A stretch of 58,782 nucleotides of DNA, counting the filler, from Bipalium vagum (taxonomy: Eukaryota), in assembly GCA_037834085.1 (NCBI GenBank). It is 3 parts of 3 records of this genome, joined end to end, with 100 filler letters (N's around TTAATTAATTAA, not from the genome) between each part and the next. Parts side by side here need not be neighbours in the genome. Positions count along the whole stretch, not along the records: positions 15,734 to 42,614 come from JBBMKC010122031.1; positions 42,715 to 58,782 come from JBBMKC010128562.1; 1 more part is not named here. One strand, given 5' to 3'. The notes below the pieces were generated by a model. The model saw nothing but the letters and a program-made list of their open reading frames with translations, ran no database searches and was not told the DNA's origin. Below, one piece after another: positions 40,380-54,900 of this stretch. The position numbers were made by a program, and so were the translations under genes. Position 1 is the stretch's first letter. Every line of letters begins with the position of its first letter.

Positions 40380-41000
40380 TTAATTTAAAAACTTTTTTCT
40401 TTGTATTGTGAGTTTGTGCCAATAATAACGCCAGAGATAAAAGTGATGAATGGAAAGGATTTTTGAAGAAAAAGTCAATACAAGTGGGCTTGATCGATTT
40501 AGATGAAAATGATCCTGGTGAACTTGGAATATTAAAATTGAATTTGAAAACAAGCCAAAAAATCAAATTATTCATTTAGTCAAGTTCTGCAAGTATTTCC
40601 TATTATCCCAAAATAGATTGTAAAGATAATTAAACATTAAATGATGAAATTTGAAGCACAACAAACAGAGATCAAATCGGTAATACAAATGTATGGTGGA
40701 TATTGCGATTAAGAAATATCAATGAAATCGAGGAAGGTTTGGTTTGCTCAGCAAGAATTCAAGGTGTATTACTGGTTAAAGGTTAAAATATTAGTATAGG
40801 AGTCGAAGAGTGGTTTATTGTGATAATTTGGCGCTCTCAAAGAACGGATAACGAGAAATATTTAATGGATTGCGTTTGTAATGCTAAGGAAGAATCATAA
40901 TTTATGCCAAAATGGATAGACAAAGAAATCTGATCTGCAAAAAACACTCATTTGAATATGTTCGTAGAAATTACCAATATACTTTGGATAACAATGATAA
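40380..41000 (+). mobile_element. Decayed coding-like relic, possibly DIRS-type RNase H
   Basis: Fragments YGGYC, CDNLA and FMPKWID..RNLIC occur in the order expected for DIRS RNase H, but across frameshifts and stops. Confidence 0.25.
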
Positions 41001-41237
41001 CAGAAGGAAAAATCGAAGTAGAAGATATGGATTCAGTCGTACTAATATGAGCAATAATGATAATAAAATAACAATTTTTCTTTTTCCATGATGAGAACTG
41101 AATGAGAATGATTCTATTGTGATTAAGGTCTTCAACTTTATACACGTTTAAGAAGTGACTGATTTTAAGGGAAGATAAGGTTAATTTTATTCCTTAATAT
41201 GGCAAATATTTTCTATTTTATCTTAAGTAAGAAAAAA

Positions 41238-42300
41238 ATTGGGTTGTTTCATAAAACATTTTTGGATGTGTGGTGGTCTTCAGTTGTCATGCTTACTCTA
41301 CTATTGTGAACTCTTTATATTGCCAAACCTAAAAGTTTTATTTTAATAAAATCTATTTGAAATTCTTTGATAAAATATATAATATAAAATTAATAATATC
41401 ATTTATGTATCAAATTTAAATTTAGATAATAATGTGATATTTCTTATTGAAACCTTAATAGCAAAAGTTATTAAAAATACTTACATCAGGCACTGCTTGT
41501 GGTATTCGTATGACCAAGGCACCAAAGCTAAAGAAGCCTCACGAAAGATTCTGAAAATCTGTCCTCATGAAGGCTCTTGGTAGCCAATGCAAAAAATGGT
41601 TTAGAAAATTTAAGTATAGCAACAGATGTCTTGAAGATGTTCCGTCCACCCGTTGTCGATGTTGTTGATGAGAACTAAAAACAAAGTACTGAAGAATTGG
41701 CCACAATTTTCGATTGTCACGTGAAGACGATAAAAATTCACTTACATGAAATGGAGAAATCATGTAGAGCCGGAAGATGGGAACCAAATGCTTTATCGGA
41801 CAAACAAAAATATATGTGGGTTACAATATGTAATGCAAACCTCATAAGACATGATCAAGATCAATTTTGGAAATGATATGTAGCATCCGATAAAAAGTTG
41901 GTTGAATACACTAATCCTGGCCACTTCAAGCAATGATTATCGGCTGGAAAACATTTACTTCCGACCTCAAAACCAGACCCATTCCAAAAAAGGTCCTATT
42001 GTCTGTTTGGTGGGATTGATTAGGAGTTATTTATTGGTAACTCTTGAAAAATGACGAAACTATTGACTCTAAACCTTACTGTCAAAAATTACAAAGCTTA
42101 TATAATGTGTTCTTCAAAAAATAAGATAAATTTTGGTTATAAGAAAATGAGTTATTTAACAGCTTTGTAGTGCTAAACCTATACTCGTGCATCAAGAAGG
42201 ACACAAAAGAAATTGAGAGAATTGTGTTCTGAAGTCTTGCTATATCCACCAGATAGACCAGACATCATGGCTACAGATTATCGTGTTTTTAGATTTTACC
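41238..42300 (+). mobile_element. mariner relic, near full length, disrupted
   Basis: HIRHCLWYSYDQG, KWFRKFK, GRWEP, ASDKK (TGDEKW-like), KVLLSVWWD, YPPDRPDIMATDY. Confidence 0.8.
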
Positions 42301-42614
42301 TAAAAATTATTTACAATAATTCTATTTTTAGTAACCTTATATTAAATTTTCTATAAAATAATTATAATTAATAACCTTATGTTACTAATTAATTTCTAAA
42401 ATATTTTTTACCTAATTACCCATAGAAATGATTATTTTTTAAATAAATAATAATAATAATAATAATTATTATTATTTTTGTGTTGTGTAGAATTTTTATT
42501 AATTTTATATTTTAAAAAAAATTTTATATTTAATATTTTATACACCCCCGTGCAAAAGTCTGAGTACACCTATAAAAATCATATGATTTAGTAAAAAATG
42601 AATCTGGAATAAAC

Positions 42615-42714
42615 NNNNNNNNNNNNNNNNNNNNNNNNNNNNNNNNNNNNNNNNNNNNTTAATTAATTAANNNNNNNNNNNNNNNNNNNNNNNNNNNNNN
42701 NNNNNNNNNNNNNN
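42615..42714. other. Artificial 100-bp scaffold join: N44-TTAATTAATTAA-N44
   Basis: Linker at 42659-42670, same layout as the join at 15634. Confidence 0.95.
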
Positions 42715-45622
42715 ATCTGTCTATTTAAATATTAAATTAAATTAATAATAGATGCATCTAATGTCATTCAAAACGACATCGAAAAAAAACGACATGAATT
42801 TATTAGACAACCTAATATGAGAATTTATAAAATATATTAAACTAAACTAATAACAAAAACTTTTAACTTAAAAAAATATGTAATATTCTTATCCATGCTC
42901 TATTAATCCAGTCGAGAATTAGAATTTTTCTCACTTCTCTTAAATAAAATATTAGACATGAGCTATATTTTTAATTATTTATTTATATTTATAATATATA
43001 TATTTTTTTAATAACTTTTTTATTGTTTTAAATTCATAGGATAATAAAAACACACAATAGTCAATAATATAAAGTAAATTAATTTTTAATATTTATTAAT
43101 TTTCATCGTGGGATTACACGCTTTTTAATAAACGTTAACATATTTTCCTCCCAGGAATTGTCTACTTCAGTTTTCATCTTATTTGCTTCCTATAAACCAA
43201 TTTGTCACTTTTTAAAGAAAATTTCGTCTGATTTTTTTTGTTATTAAAAAATAATTCTATTGAAATTTGATTAGGAATAGAAGGAACAAATTTGATATTA
43301 TTTCGATTTTCCCGTTTCAAATAAAAATATTATATTGACGAGTATAACAAATTTGAAAAAAATAAAATCCATCATATAGGTCTGTATCAGAAATAATCAT
43401 TAACCAGGGATCTTACCTTTGTGATCAATCAAAGTGGTGGATATTTCATTAAATCAATATTTTTTTCAAACAGTTTGATTTGATTTTGATAATTTAATTC
43501 TTAAATTGTATATATAAAATTGATATTTTTAAAGTGCTCTCATAAATTAAAAATAATTATTCAATAAAATCAATTTTTATTTTTTCAATTATTATTTATA
43601 TTTGGATGAGCTTGAAAAAAAATTCTTAACAAATGTCTTATATTGAGGTCACAAATAAAAATTATTTATTTTTTCAGAAAAAGAAAACTTTTAATTTCCT
43701 CAAACTTTGGTGGTACAAAAGTTACAAAAAATGCTTAGGGCTTCAACTATGAGTAGTTCTCCAAATTTATAATTTCTTCAATAAAATCTAGCAACAAGAT
43801 TCAATTTCTTTCCACGTTATTATTTAATAAGAAATTAATAATTTTTCTGGAAAGGATGTTATACTGTCCATATTTTCTGAATATGTAAGTTAAATTCCAA
43901 CCATAATTTGCTTGTTTGAGGGACGGTTCAAGAAGTGTATTGAAATGTATCAAAATGATTTTTTTCAGGAACATTAATATTCAATCCTTTACAAGCATAA
44001 CATAATTTCTCAGTTCTGATTCCGACAAAGTTCGTTAATTAAATATGGTATTAAGTCACTAAGAATAAGGTAAACAATTTGTACCCACTAATTGCAACAG
44101 TAAATATTCTCCAGAATTTTGGCCAAACGAAAAGTACTGATCAAAAGTTAATAGTATGAAGAATTGTAACGATATGGAAAAATCTGGTGTTGGCAAGAAA
44201 CTTTCTAAGGTCGCCTATAACTAGCCACATTAATATTTTGTAATTTTTCAAAGGTTTACGTAGTATCCATAAAAATTATATTCCAAAAGTTATTTATGAC
44301 TTTGTTCACCTTAATTATTTCTTAAGACTTAAAAACTTCGTCTTAAAAATCCTTAATTTAGTCCCTAGTTTCCCAGTTCTTCACTTTCCGTAAGATTGTT
44401 TTTCATATTGAAAGATTTTTGGACTACGTTCATTAATCTCCGTTTAATGGTCTCGTAATTTGTGAATACTCAAAATTCCCATTGTTTCGTAGAGGCCACA
44501 TCAAATTGTGTTCGATTTAATTAAGAGTATGTCGAAATAATCAAGCAAGTTTTTGTCCATAAATTTGGTAAAATTTGAAGACTGAAACATTCCATGTGGA
44601 CATTTTATTATTTTATTTCGAATTTAAAATTTAAAATTTAGTTTCAATTTAATATTAAAACAAATTTAAAAATGTTATTACATAAAACTTAGATTAAATA
44701 ATAAGTTTAAGTTTAAAAATATTATAGGAGAAAAACTTTAATTGTATTATTTTTAATTTAATTAAATTTTATTATTCGGTCACACCAATCCTAATGAAAT
44801 TAAAATTGTTTTAAAGTTAAATAAAATTTTAAGTTTTATCAGTAACACTGTTAATTTTTAGAAAGAATGATCATGCCAAATCGAAATCAAAAATGAATTG
44901 AAAATTAAATGTCTCTTTGATAAGTTTTACCAGAGAGAGATAAATTACGCAAATACATTGTCAAAAGAAATATTATTTTGGAAGAAAGAAATGGATGTGT
45001 ACAATAAATTCATTGTCATTTAGTAGGTGAAACTGATAACTAAGTTAAGTCATCTAGAAGGAAGGCTTTAAAAATTGGTTCTCTCTGCTTTCTTTTTTTT
45101 TTAATTAAATTTTTATGGCATATTGGTATTTGTCATTTCCTCTTTAATCAATATGATAAGAAAAGAATTTTAGAATCTAAAAACAATCGATTATAACTTT
45201 TATAACTTAAGTGGATCACTTGATTCTTGAGTAAACCAAAATATTAATTGGAATATTTCTTTCCATATTAATTCTCTGGTTAATGAACTGATATAAAAAT
45301 CTTCAGAATCATTATGATATCGATTTTGAAATATTTTAGTCTTTTGGTGTTGTGTTATTTGAGCAACCTTTGGGTTTCACCGTCAAAAATTATACTTAAT
45401 CTGAAACAGTTGTTAGTTCGTGTGAGCTAATTCACATGAAATAACCAAAGATAGAGATATTATTTTGACAAATATTCTACCGTTTTTGGGGGATTGTATC
45501 AGAGAAGATCAACATTTCTACATAAACTTGTGCTAGTTATTCAAAGTCTTTCTTCGATTCTTCCTGTAAATTGACTGAAACTTTGTATATTACTGCTTCC
45601 TTAGAAATAATAACTTTATGTA

Positions 45623-46566
45623 CAGCACGACAATATATCTTGCTATAGAGTATAAGTTAAACTAAGTTTTCTGTAATCATGTTCAATGTTTATAAATATA
45701 TACTTTAGTTGAATTTCCACATAAAATATGTGATAACTATCCTTAAATCGAAGAAACAGTGAAAATGAACAAAATTTATTCAAGTAATTTGACATACTTT
45801 CATTTAAATACATTTCAGACCAATAATATTAAACAAAAATATTCAGTGAAATATCAATAGTTAAATGAACATAAATAATAATGGATAACTTAGTAAATTC
45901 GATTTGGCATATAGTTTAACAAATTTTACTTAGTACTCTTTTCAATTCTTCCAGGAGTGCTGCACCGCATATTTCACCTTCTCAAGAGACTGGAATTGTC
46001 TTTCACGTTTGTGAACGTTACGAGCTAATAGACTCCATTATTTTCTATGGGATTAGGATCCGGAAAATATGAGGGCCATTGAATAAGTTCAGTTATTTGT
46101 GATTGATCCAAAGTAGAGCATCGACAATTATATTGCTCAAATATTGTTTTATAACTCAGAAAAAGAATGAGATATTTAGATAAATGTTTTTGGGACTACT
46201 ACTGAGAAACAAATGTAACAAGTCGCTTTTCATGGAAGTTAAAACACGTCCAAATCATTAAAGAGTTAATCTTAGTTTGCTTCCTTGAATTAATTATAAT
46301 TATCTCTTTCTATCTTTTCATCACTTCATATTGCATTCTTCCTTTCAACGTTCCAAACCAATTTATGCTTAGACAAATGCAATCATTGTTCCTTGTGTTG
46401 ATTTATCATGGATGGTTTTTTTTCTTTTTCTTACATTTATAACAATAGACTTCTGTCAAACACATCTTATGATCGCTTTTTATACATTTAGATCCAACAT
46501 TTAAGAACTCTAAATTTTTAGCTATTGAAATTTTTAAAGGTGGGCGAATAATTTATTGTCGTGCTG
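45623..46566 (-). mobile_element. Tc1/Tc3-like element with TIRs
   Basis: TA-CAGCACGACAATA at 45621 and TATTGTCGTGCTG-TA ending at 46568; minus-strand SDEK and WPSYFPDPNPIEN...WSLLARNVHKRERQF. Confidence 0.8.
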
Positions 46567-47889
46567 TATTTTTTGTCAAATTCAATATTCTATATCATAT
46601 CAAATTTTGTTTTTATTAAAGGTATTATAATCAAACAATTTTTGCAAGATAATCATGTACCATCAGGCAGTGCAAATGTGGACAGAAATGCAAAATGAAT
46701 GGTGTAATATTCCCGATCATGTATGTTGTGCCTTATTTGATTCCATGCCTCAACGAGTTACATCTTTGCTGAAAATGAAATGGTATCCAACGAAATATTA
46801 TTTTGCCTCATTTTCTACACTAAATATAATGTTTTATTGTATTTCATCACCTTTTAAATTGATAAAATGGGTAAACCACACTTTTCGATAGGTGAGAACA
46901 GACTTTTGAGACATAATATAATCAAAAAACTTTTGCAAGACAATAATGTGCCATCAAATATTATTAGTTTCATATTTTATGAGAGAACCTCTTTACACCA
47001 TGACTGCTCTAAATTTTATTGATTTTAATAGGAAAATTATAATTTTACTAGAATGTCTATTTGAACGTTTATATAAATTATTTAAAATTAAAACAAAAAT
47101 CGAATTGTGATAAATAAAGAAAGGATTTTTTGATGTTTTTTGAATAAAAGAACATTATTAAAAATGTCATATCTGATTTAATAACATCAACAAAATTGAA
47201 AGAAATTTCTTTTATAATTTGAGAAAGATCGGTATTTCGCAATAATGTCGTTATTACGAGATTGCCTCTTTAGATGGGGAATATTTAGAAAACTGTACTC
47301 TCCTTCGAATCTGTCTTTCTTCCATGATTTCAAAGACATTTGTCAACATCATAACAAAATTGCAAGGCAGTTAAATAAATATTCCACTAATCTTTACTTG
47401 GCAATTTCAATGGTAATTTTTCTCATTTAAAAATCGGGTTAAAAATATTTTTTCAAAATTTAAAAAAAATTGAAAAATTTATAAAATATTTTTTTATTTT
47501 TTCACTTTGAAATGAGTAATTTTATTGAAATTGTGGCTTAGTAAATATCGATTAAATTTTATATAAATAATTTTTATTAAATATCTTCCACATTTTTTAA
47601 TTTGACTAGTTTTTTCACGAGGCATATTTAACGATCTAGGGATTTAATTTTCATAGTAACGAAGAATAGGTCAAAAGTAAAGGTAATAGATTTTCTTAAT
47701 TTACAATAGGTTTTAATATACATTTCATTTAGGGTTTCCATCCACATTTTTGAATTTTTCTAGCCATATTTTGAAAAAAATAAATTATAAAGTAAATTTT
47801 ATAAAGAATACATAAATCTTCAAATATTTTATTTTACATCAAAATTACATAAAAATAGTCAATTAAAGTTTCACTATTCATGATTAATT

Positions 47890-48050
47890 GAATACTTTAA
47901 TAAACACATGTGCCTAAATCCATGCATATGCTTGTAATAGTTACCGCATTCTTTTGCAGAAATTAGACCCAACACATCATCAATAGCCCTCGAAAGTTGG
48001 TCTTCATTTAAAAAAATTCTTGATCTTATCACCTGATTCCATTTTTAAAA
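47890..48050 (-). mobile_element. IS630/Tc1-like transposase C-terminal fragment
   Basis: KWNQVIRSRIFLNEDQLSRAIDDVLGLISAKECGNYYKHM. Confidence 0.5.
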
Positions 48051-49540
48051 TATTTGAAATTCAAGGATAAGTAGAAAAAGATTTAAATTATCCACATTTT
48101 TTAAGACTTTAATGAATTTCAAGAACTAATTGGCTAGGTTCTTTAGAAGACTTTAAAATTTAGTTATTCTTTTCTTATATCTTTTTTATTAATATCTTTA
48201 CTGAATATAAAATAAACAATATCTGAGATGAAAGATGTTGAACCATTCCTAGAATATGTAACAGAACATCAGATTTTTGATAGAGAACATTGACATTTTT
48301 AGATGCATTGTGAAAATAGCAAGAAAATAAGATATTAGGTAATATAAAAAAATATTTAGAGTTTTTCAGAGTATGGTTTTTAATTCCCGTATTTTATTTA
48401 TTATAATTAACATCAAGTTAAAATTAACGTTAAATAAAAGGTAAAAAAATGTATCATTACGTTGCGGTATTTTAGATTTATATGTTTATCGTTTCAGATA
48501 TATTTTAGAAAGTGTTAAATTTGAGTGAAATAACAGAAAAATCAGACTATATTGTAATTTTATTTCGAACAAAGTTTAAATGCTTTCTAAAGTGATGATG
48601 CTTTATCAAGAGCAAGAGCGAAAAGATGATTCAGTCGATTTCTATAAATATTAAAAGCACATTCATAGAAAAAACATTTTATATCAGATTTTTTACATCA
48701 AATCATTAATTATTAATATAAAATAATAATACATAATAAATATAATATGATAATTATTATTATGAATAGCGTTTTATTAAATAATTATTTAATAATAATA
48801 TTATTATTTACCAGAGCTAAGAATATTTTTTTTTAAATTAAAGAGCAAAAATGGATGGGATATTTATTTCTAAAAGATAAGATCTCATTGATAATGAAAT
48901 TATTTTTCACATTTCTATGTAAAACAAATTAATTTCTAGGATGGAATTATAACTGATAAATAATTCAATTATTAATTGACCAACTGTAAAGCATTATATA
49001 TGACCGATTGTGATCATCTTTTACAAATTAACATTTTAGAATGTTTGTGTGATAGAGATTTCCTTTCCAAAATATTCCATCTTAATTTTCGAAAGGTTAT
49101 CTGGGCAAAAATATTCATGGAATGTATTGATTCATAAAATAGGGGTTGCACTATTAAATTTTAATAAATATCATTTCAATATTGAAATTTATAAAACCAA
49201 AATAATTAAAGATAATAATATTTTGTTAATTATTTAAAATACGTAATTAAAACAAATAGAAATGAAACTTAATAGTTTAGTATTACGTTTATTGGCCTAA
49301 ATTAACATAAAAAAGAAAAATTGAGAAATATAAATAAAATTATAATAATAATATTACAATTTAAATTTTTCATTATTATTAATTATATATTAATTAATTA
49401 TATATTATTAATTATAATATTATTAATTATTTTTTGTAATTTACTAGAATTTCCATTTTTCGTCATCACTTTACCCTTTTTTAGAAATTGTGTATATTTT
49501 AATTTCTATTTTACAATTAATCTGTATTATAATTTAATAC

Positions 49541-51919
49541 CTGGTTGACCATCGCATTAGCTTGCTAAGATCTAGCAACGAATAGAGAATCAGAAAAATA
49601 GAGTTAAAAATTCCAACCCAGGAAAACATTGTGTAAAAATGAAGTGAATACTTTTCCGAAATAGAGTAAATGACTGAAGAACAAAAATTCCATTAAAATG
49701 ATAATTCTTTTGTATCTTGTGATAAACCTTTTATATATAGCGTTAGTGGGGCGGTTGTGAGCATAACGATTAATGGTTGACCTCCAATGAGAGCAAAGCA
49801 TAGTCCACCGATAGTTTGAGACAATATAACTCTTTTTACATCTGAAAAGAGAAATAGGTAAATTTTTCATAAGTTGATAATTATAAAAAATCGTAAGAAA
49901 ATAATTATTATTATCCAGGTAATTTTTATAATAATATTTATTATAATATTATAATTATAAATATAATGGTAATAAAATAATTGTTTTAACACTAGAAACC
50001 CGGGAAAAATGAACTATCTACAAACACGACATGCGTCAATTAACGTTTTCCATTAATTTTTATTTCAAAACACATCCTTTGCATTTTTTAACTGAACATT
50101 TTCCACAAATCGCTTTATTGCACATCTGGCATCGATCTGTTGTTCTATTTCTGCATTTAGTTGTTGCACATGTGTGACTTTTCTTCGTTTCAGATGGACC
50201 GGAGTCATCGTCATTATTGTCCTATGGGTTTTTATCTAATGGAGAATGTCCTGTGAGGTCTTCAAAAACTTTATGGATAAACTATCGACGAGAAATTGTA
50301 CTTCTGAACACGCCTTTATAAGCTATCCAAGCATTTATCAGGGAGAAGTCCAAAACATTATAAAACATGCATTGGCCATCTTCTACTACTAGCTTTTGTG
50401 GAATATGTCCTTGACATTTGATCAATGACATCAACTCAAAATTTTTTCTTGTTATAAAATAAAATGATATATAACGTTTGCAATGATATAACGTTAAAGT
50501 TATATGATTCTATGTTTCCATTATTAATGTATCATGAAGAGGTCTTTTAACTTTATCAATTTAGGCAATTCTCTTCTATTTAAAACCAACAATGCTAGTT
50601 TTTTTCAGCAGTAATTTTTGAGCAAGATTCAAGGAGGTAAAGTACAATAATTGTCACAAATGACGTTATATCCTCGGTTGGCAAAGGGACTCATTAATTT
50701 TTGTACAACATTAGTGGGTAAAGAATTAATTGGTGATCTTGTGTCATCTTTGTCTACATATGGAAAGCCATTGCATAAATATTTGCTTTCAACATCAACA
50801 GCAAGCCAAAATTTTAATTCAAATTTTTAATTACACCTAGCCTTACAAGGTAATAACTGCTCGTCAATTGTAATATTCTCATGAGGAATATAAGCTTTTT
50901 GAGTTTTCTATAAATGAATTCCATAGGTTAGAAACTAAACAAAACTTATCTGTTTTCAAATTCTTTCTCTTTTCACTTTTGAGATCAAATCCTAGGTTTT
51001 TCATTATATCTGAAAACTTATTACGTGTCATAGTTTTGTTAAATAGTGGACACCATCAAGATTTATCCCACATATGTGCTATCGGTAAATTTCTTCCTCC
51101 AATTCCTCCTCTAGCAATAATAAGACCAAATAATTTGTCAAAATCATCCAATGTTATTGCCAATGTGTTATTATCCCTTTGAGCTTCCGCAATTGTACAT
51201 TTTAGAATATTTCGCATCATTGCTTCACTGAAAAATAACCGGAACACTGAAATATGACTTCCTTCTTTTATTCACATTGAACAATATGACGTCGGACCCG
51301 GGTTGAAGCACTGCACGTTTTGGAATTTTTCATTCCGCGAGTTGCTACACCTGCCTCCAACAAATGCCATTGGGTGCAACCTTTAATCTTCATGGGTCTT
51401 GAAATTTCCACATCATTGTCCTCATTGCTTGACTGGCTTGATTCACTTGAAATAGATATGATCATCCATTTCAAAATCATTGTTACGGTCATTATCAGAT
51501 TGGTCAGATAGAATATTTCTCAATTTCTGTATTGCGTTCGAAAACATTTAAAATTTGTGGTTTTTGTTAATATTGAAACAAAATAATAAACAAATCAATT
51601 AAAGTTCGACCTTATATAATTTTAAATAAATTTATAGAAGTTTATTAAAAAAAATTATGCTAGCGTCAATTGACGCTTTTCGTGTTTATAGGTAGTGATG
51701 CATTTTTTATGAAAACTACGAAAGATATTTCATAAAATTCTTCAAATATAGTTAAATCTTGATAAAATAAATAAACTCAAATTATTTTAAAATTTTTATA
51801 TATACAGTTTTAAAGATATTAGCGTTTTAGTATGCAAATGCGTCAATTGATGTGCGCCGGGTTTCTAGTGTTAATAGGAACAAAAATGATCTCTTTATTT
51901 TTGTTATTATTTTGCGACA

Positions 51920-51982
<63 letters not shown>

Positions 51983-54900
51983 AGAATGAATTATTAATTT
52001 AATTATTACTACAATTTAATATATTCTAAAAGCTAACGAATAATTAATTTTAATTTAATATAATAATAATTATTATCTTTATTATATTAATTTACATATT
52101 TCTTTTGTCAATTTTTTATTATAATCTGTTGTAAATATTTCTTAAATTTATCAGAAAAAACTTTTATTAAATAAAAAACGTTTTTTAATAATTATTAAAA
52201 CAAAATGGTTTTAATGCCCTTCTATATAATTGGTGCGTTCAACTTTGTATTAAAAATAGCTATGATACTAGGAGAACCATCATTATATTATTGTTCTTAT
52301 AATTTTATATAATATTTATTATCAAGATTTTATTAGAAGGGTGCATTAAGTTTAAATTCTTTAAACAACTTTTAATATTTATTTTATGAAAGATAGACAC
52401 ATTAAAATCAAAAAATAATTTTCCATCGTTAAAAATGTCCTCCCATTAATCTGGTAACACGAATATTCCGCGACAATAAAATTATTTTTCGTTATAATTA
52501 TTTCAATTGGACAATCAATTTTGAACATCTTTGAACGATTTGAATTGTATATCTTCTAGAGAATGTGTCATTATCACGAAAATATATATTGGGGTTGTGA
52601 CTGGCGAGTAAGCTTGACAATTGAAGAAAGTTGAATTCTTGCACAGTTATGCAAAAGCACCATTCTGCGTCAATTGATGGTTATTGGAGGTCTTGTTTTA
52701 AAAAATTCATCATTTTATCTTTTTACTTGATGTCGACAGCTCTCTCCCGTAACTAATTCCTTTAATTTTAAAGATTTATGGTACAAAACACCTCCCATAT
52801 TCCACAAAACCCAAAAGAATAATTTTCTTATCATAATTATTTCGCTTTATGATGAATATCCTGTATCAAGAAATGATTTCTTTCGTTTATGATTATGGAA
52901 ATAAAAATCTCTCTTCGCCAATAAAAATTCGCACAAAATACTCTTTTTCTCTGTTTGACAAGTAAATCGGTGACTAAAAGATTATAGATAACACTTTCAT
53001 TAAGATTATGAGGGGCCCATTTTTCCTCCTTTTGATTTTTGGAAATTGTATTAAATATGTTTAATGTCAAACTCAATTGTAATTGGGTGATCTACTCTTT
53101 CTTTATCATTCAAGTCTAAATGGCCTGATTTAAATCTGATAAACCAGAGTTTATAGTTGCACAATGATGGAGCCTCATCAGTACATGAGTCCTCAAGAAT
53201 TTTATGCGCTTGCGCTATTGATATCGGCATATCGAATAAAAAATTAATTACATTTCTAAAATGTAATTTTAACTTATTCCTTTATTGCGCCTTCTAAAAG
53301 ACAACAAAGAACATTCGAACCTTTATGAAATTGAAAATTAAATATTCAGATATTTAAAATAAATATGTTAATTTAACTTTTAGCAAATAAACTAATGTTA
53401 TTGCCTTTTTAAGATTTTAGAACAGAACTAATGTATTCTCGTAATATTTATTATTATATTTGACAGAATTAGTTTTATTTTTATTTTATTTCAATATTTC
53501 TGATCCCTGATATAATAGCTTATTAAAACAAAAAGGATATTAATTAACTTCCCGTTAACTTAAATATTCCTTCTCTGATGATTATATTATTAATTATAAA
53601 TTAATTAATAAACAAAATTGTTTTTATAGAAAGTGTATTAATAAAAAACTTTACATTTATTTCTCTTTTTTCTTTTAATAAAAATAATAAACTGAAAACA
53701 TCCCATGTTTCGTTTATTATAAATTATTTTGAGATATTTTAATCTAAATTTGATGATCAAATTAATCAATAAAAAGAACGCAGACTTCAAATTTTATGAA
53801 AAAAAATTTTAATTTAACAAGAATAACCATCCCAAATTTTTTAATTATTGTGAACCTGATTAAAATTTTTTTGTCATTTTTTTAAAATTAAAAATAAAAA
53901 TAAACATTTTCCTCTTTTTTTTATTACTGCTATTCGATCAATATAGTTCAATATTTAATAATTATTATTAATTTTTAATAAAATTCTATCAAAATATCAA
54001 ATTACACCATAATGACTTTTAATAAATAACATTTATCCTGTTTAATGTTATAAAATATATCTCATATTTTTAGCATATTGGAAAAATATTATTTTTGTGA
54101 GTATGAATATTATTCAGAAAACAATGAGAAAAACAAAAATAATAATAAATTAATACTAAAAAATAATAATGAAAATTAGGTTCAATCTTTATGACATTAA
54201 TAAAAATTTAATTCCATATGAATTCATAAATAATTCACATTTATTTTTAAATAATTCAACTTTTATAGATCTGTTCATTAAATTTAATATAAAAATTATT
54301 TGTACTGATAAAATATATAAACAATAATCAATAAAATCATTATTTAACACAGCTCAAAAATTATATTAAATAAAAATTTATTATTAATTTTTTTTCGTGA
54401 AAAATATTTCTTTGCCTTGATATGTTCTCACAATGAATTCTGATTATTGTTTTAACGAACGATTTCCAAACTATTTTCACAAATGACGTAAAACGGAGAA
54501 TAAATAATTGGACAAGTCAAAAATTTGTTTAAATTATTTTCTCCAAAATGAAAATCCAGACTCCCAAAATCAATTGGAAAACCTCACTGAAAATTATGCA
54601 AATTAATCTGTTTATAATGCATTTTGAAAATAAAAATCAATTATAATTTGATAACAGCGATTCTCGTCCAAGTGAAAATGAATTACATAAATCAGGTCGA
54701 GCTTGGAAATGGCATCTTAAAAAAACCATCTCATTTGTCGACATTGATGTATGGTTTCATATGCTGCTCGCGTCGGTAGTGGTTCTGCACAGGGTCGTTC
54801 ATCATTTTTGTTTAAGTGTTTGGATTCCCGAGGTTAATGTATGAGTTCATTTCGTCTGATATAATATCGTCTGTTTCTCCAAAACGAATAAAGACGACAA

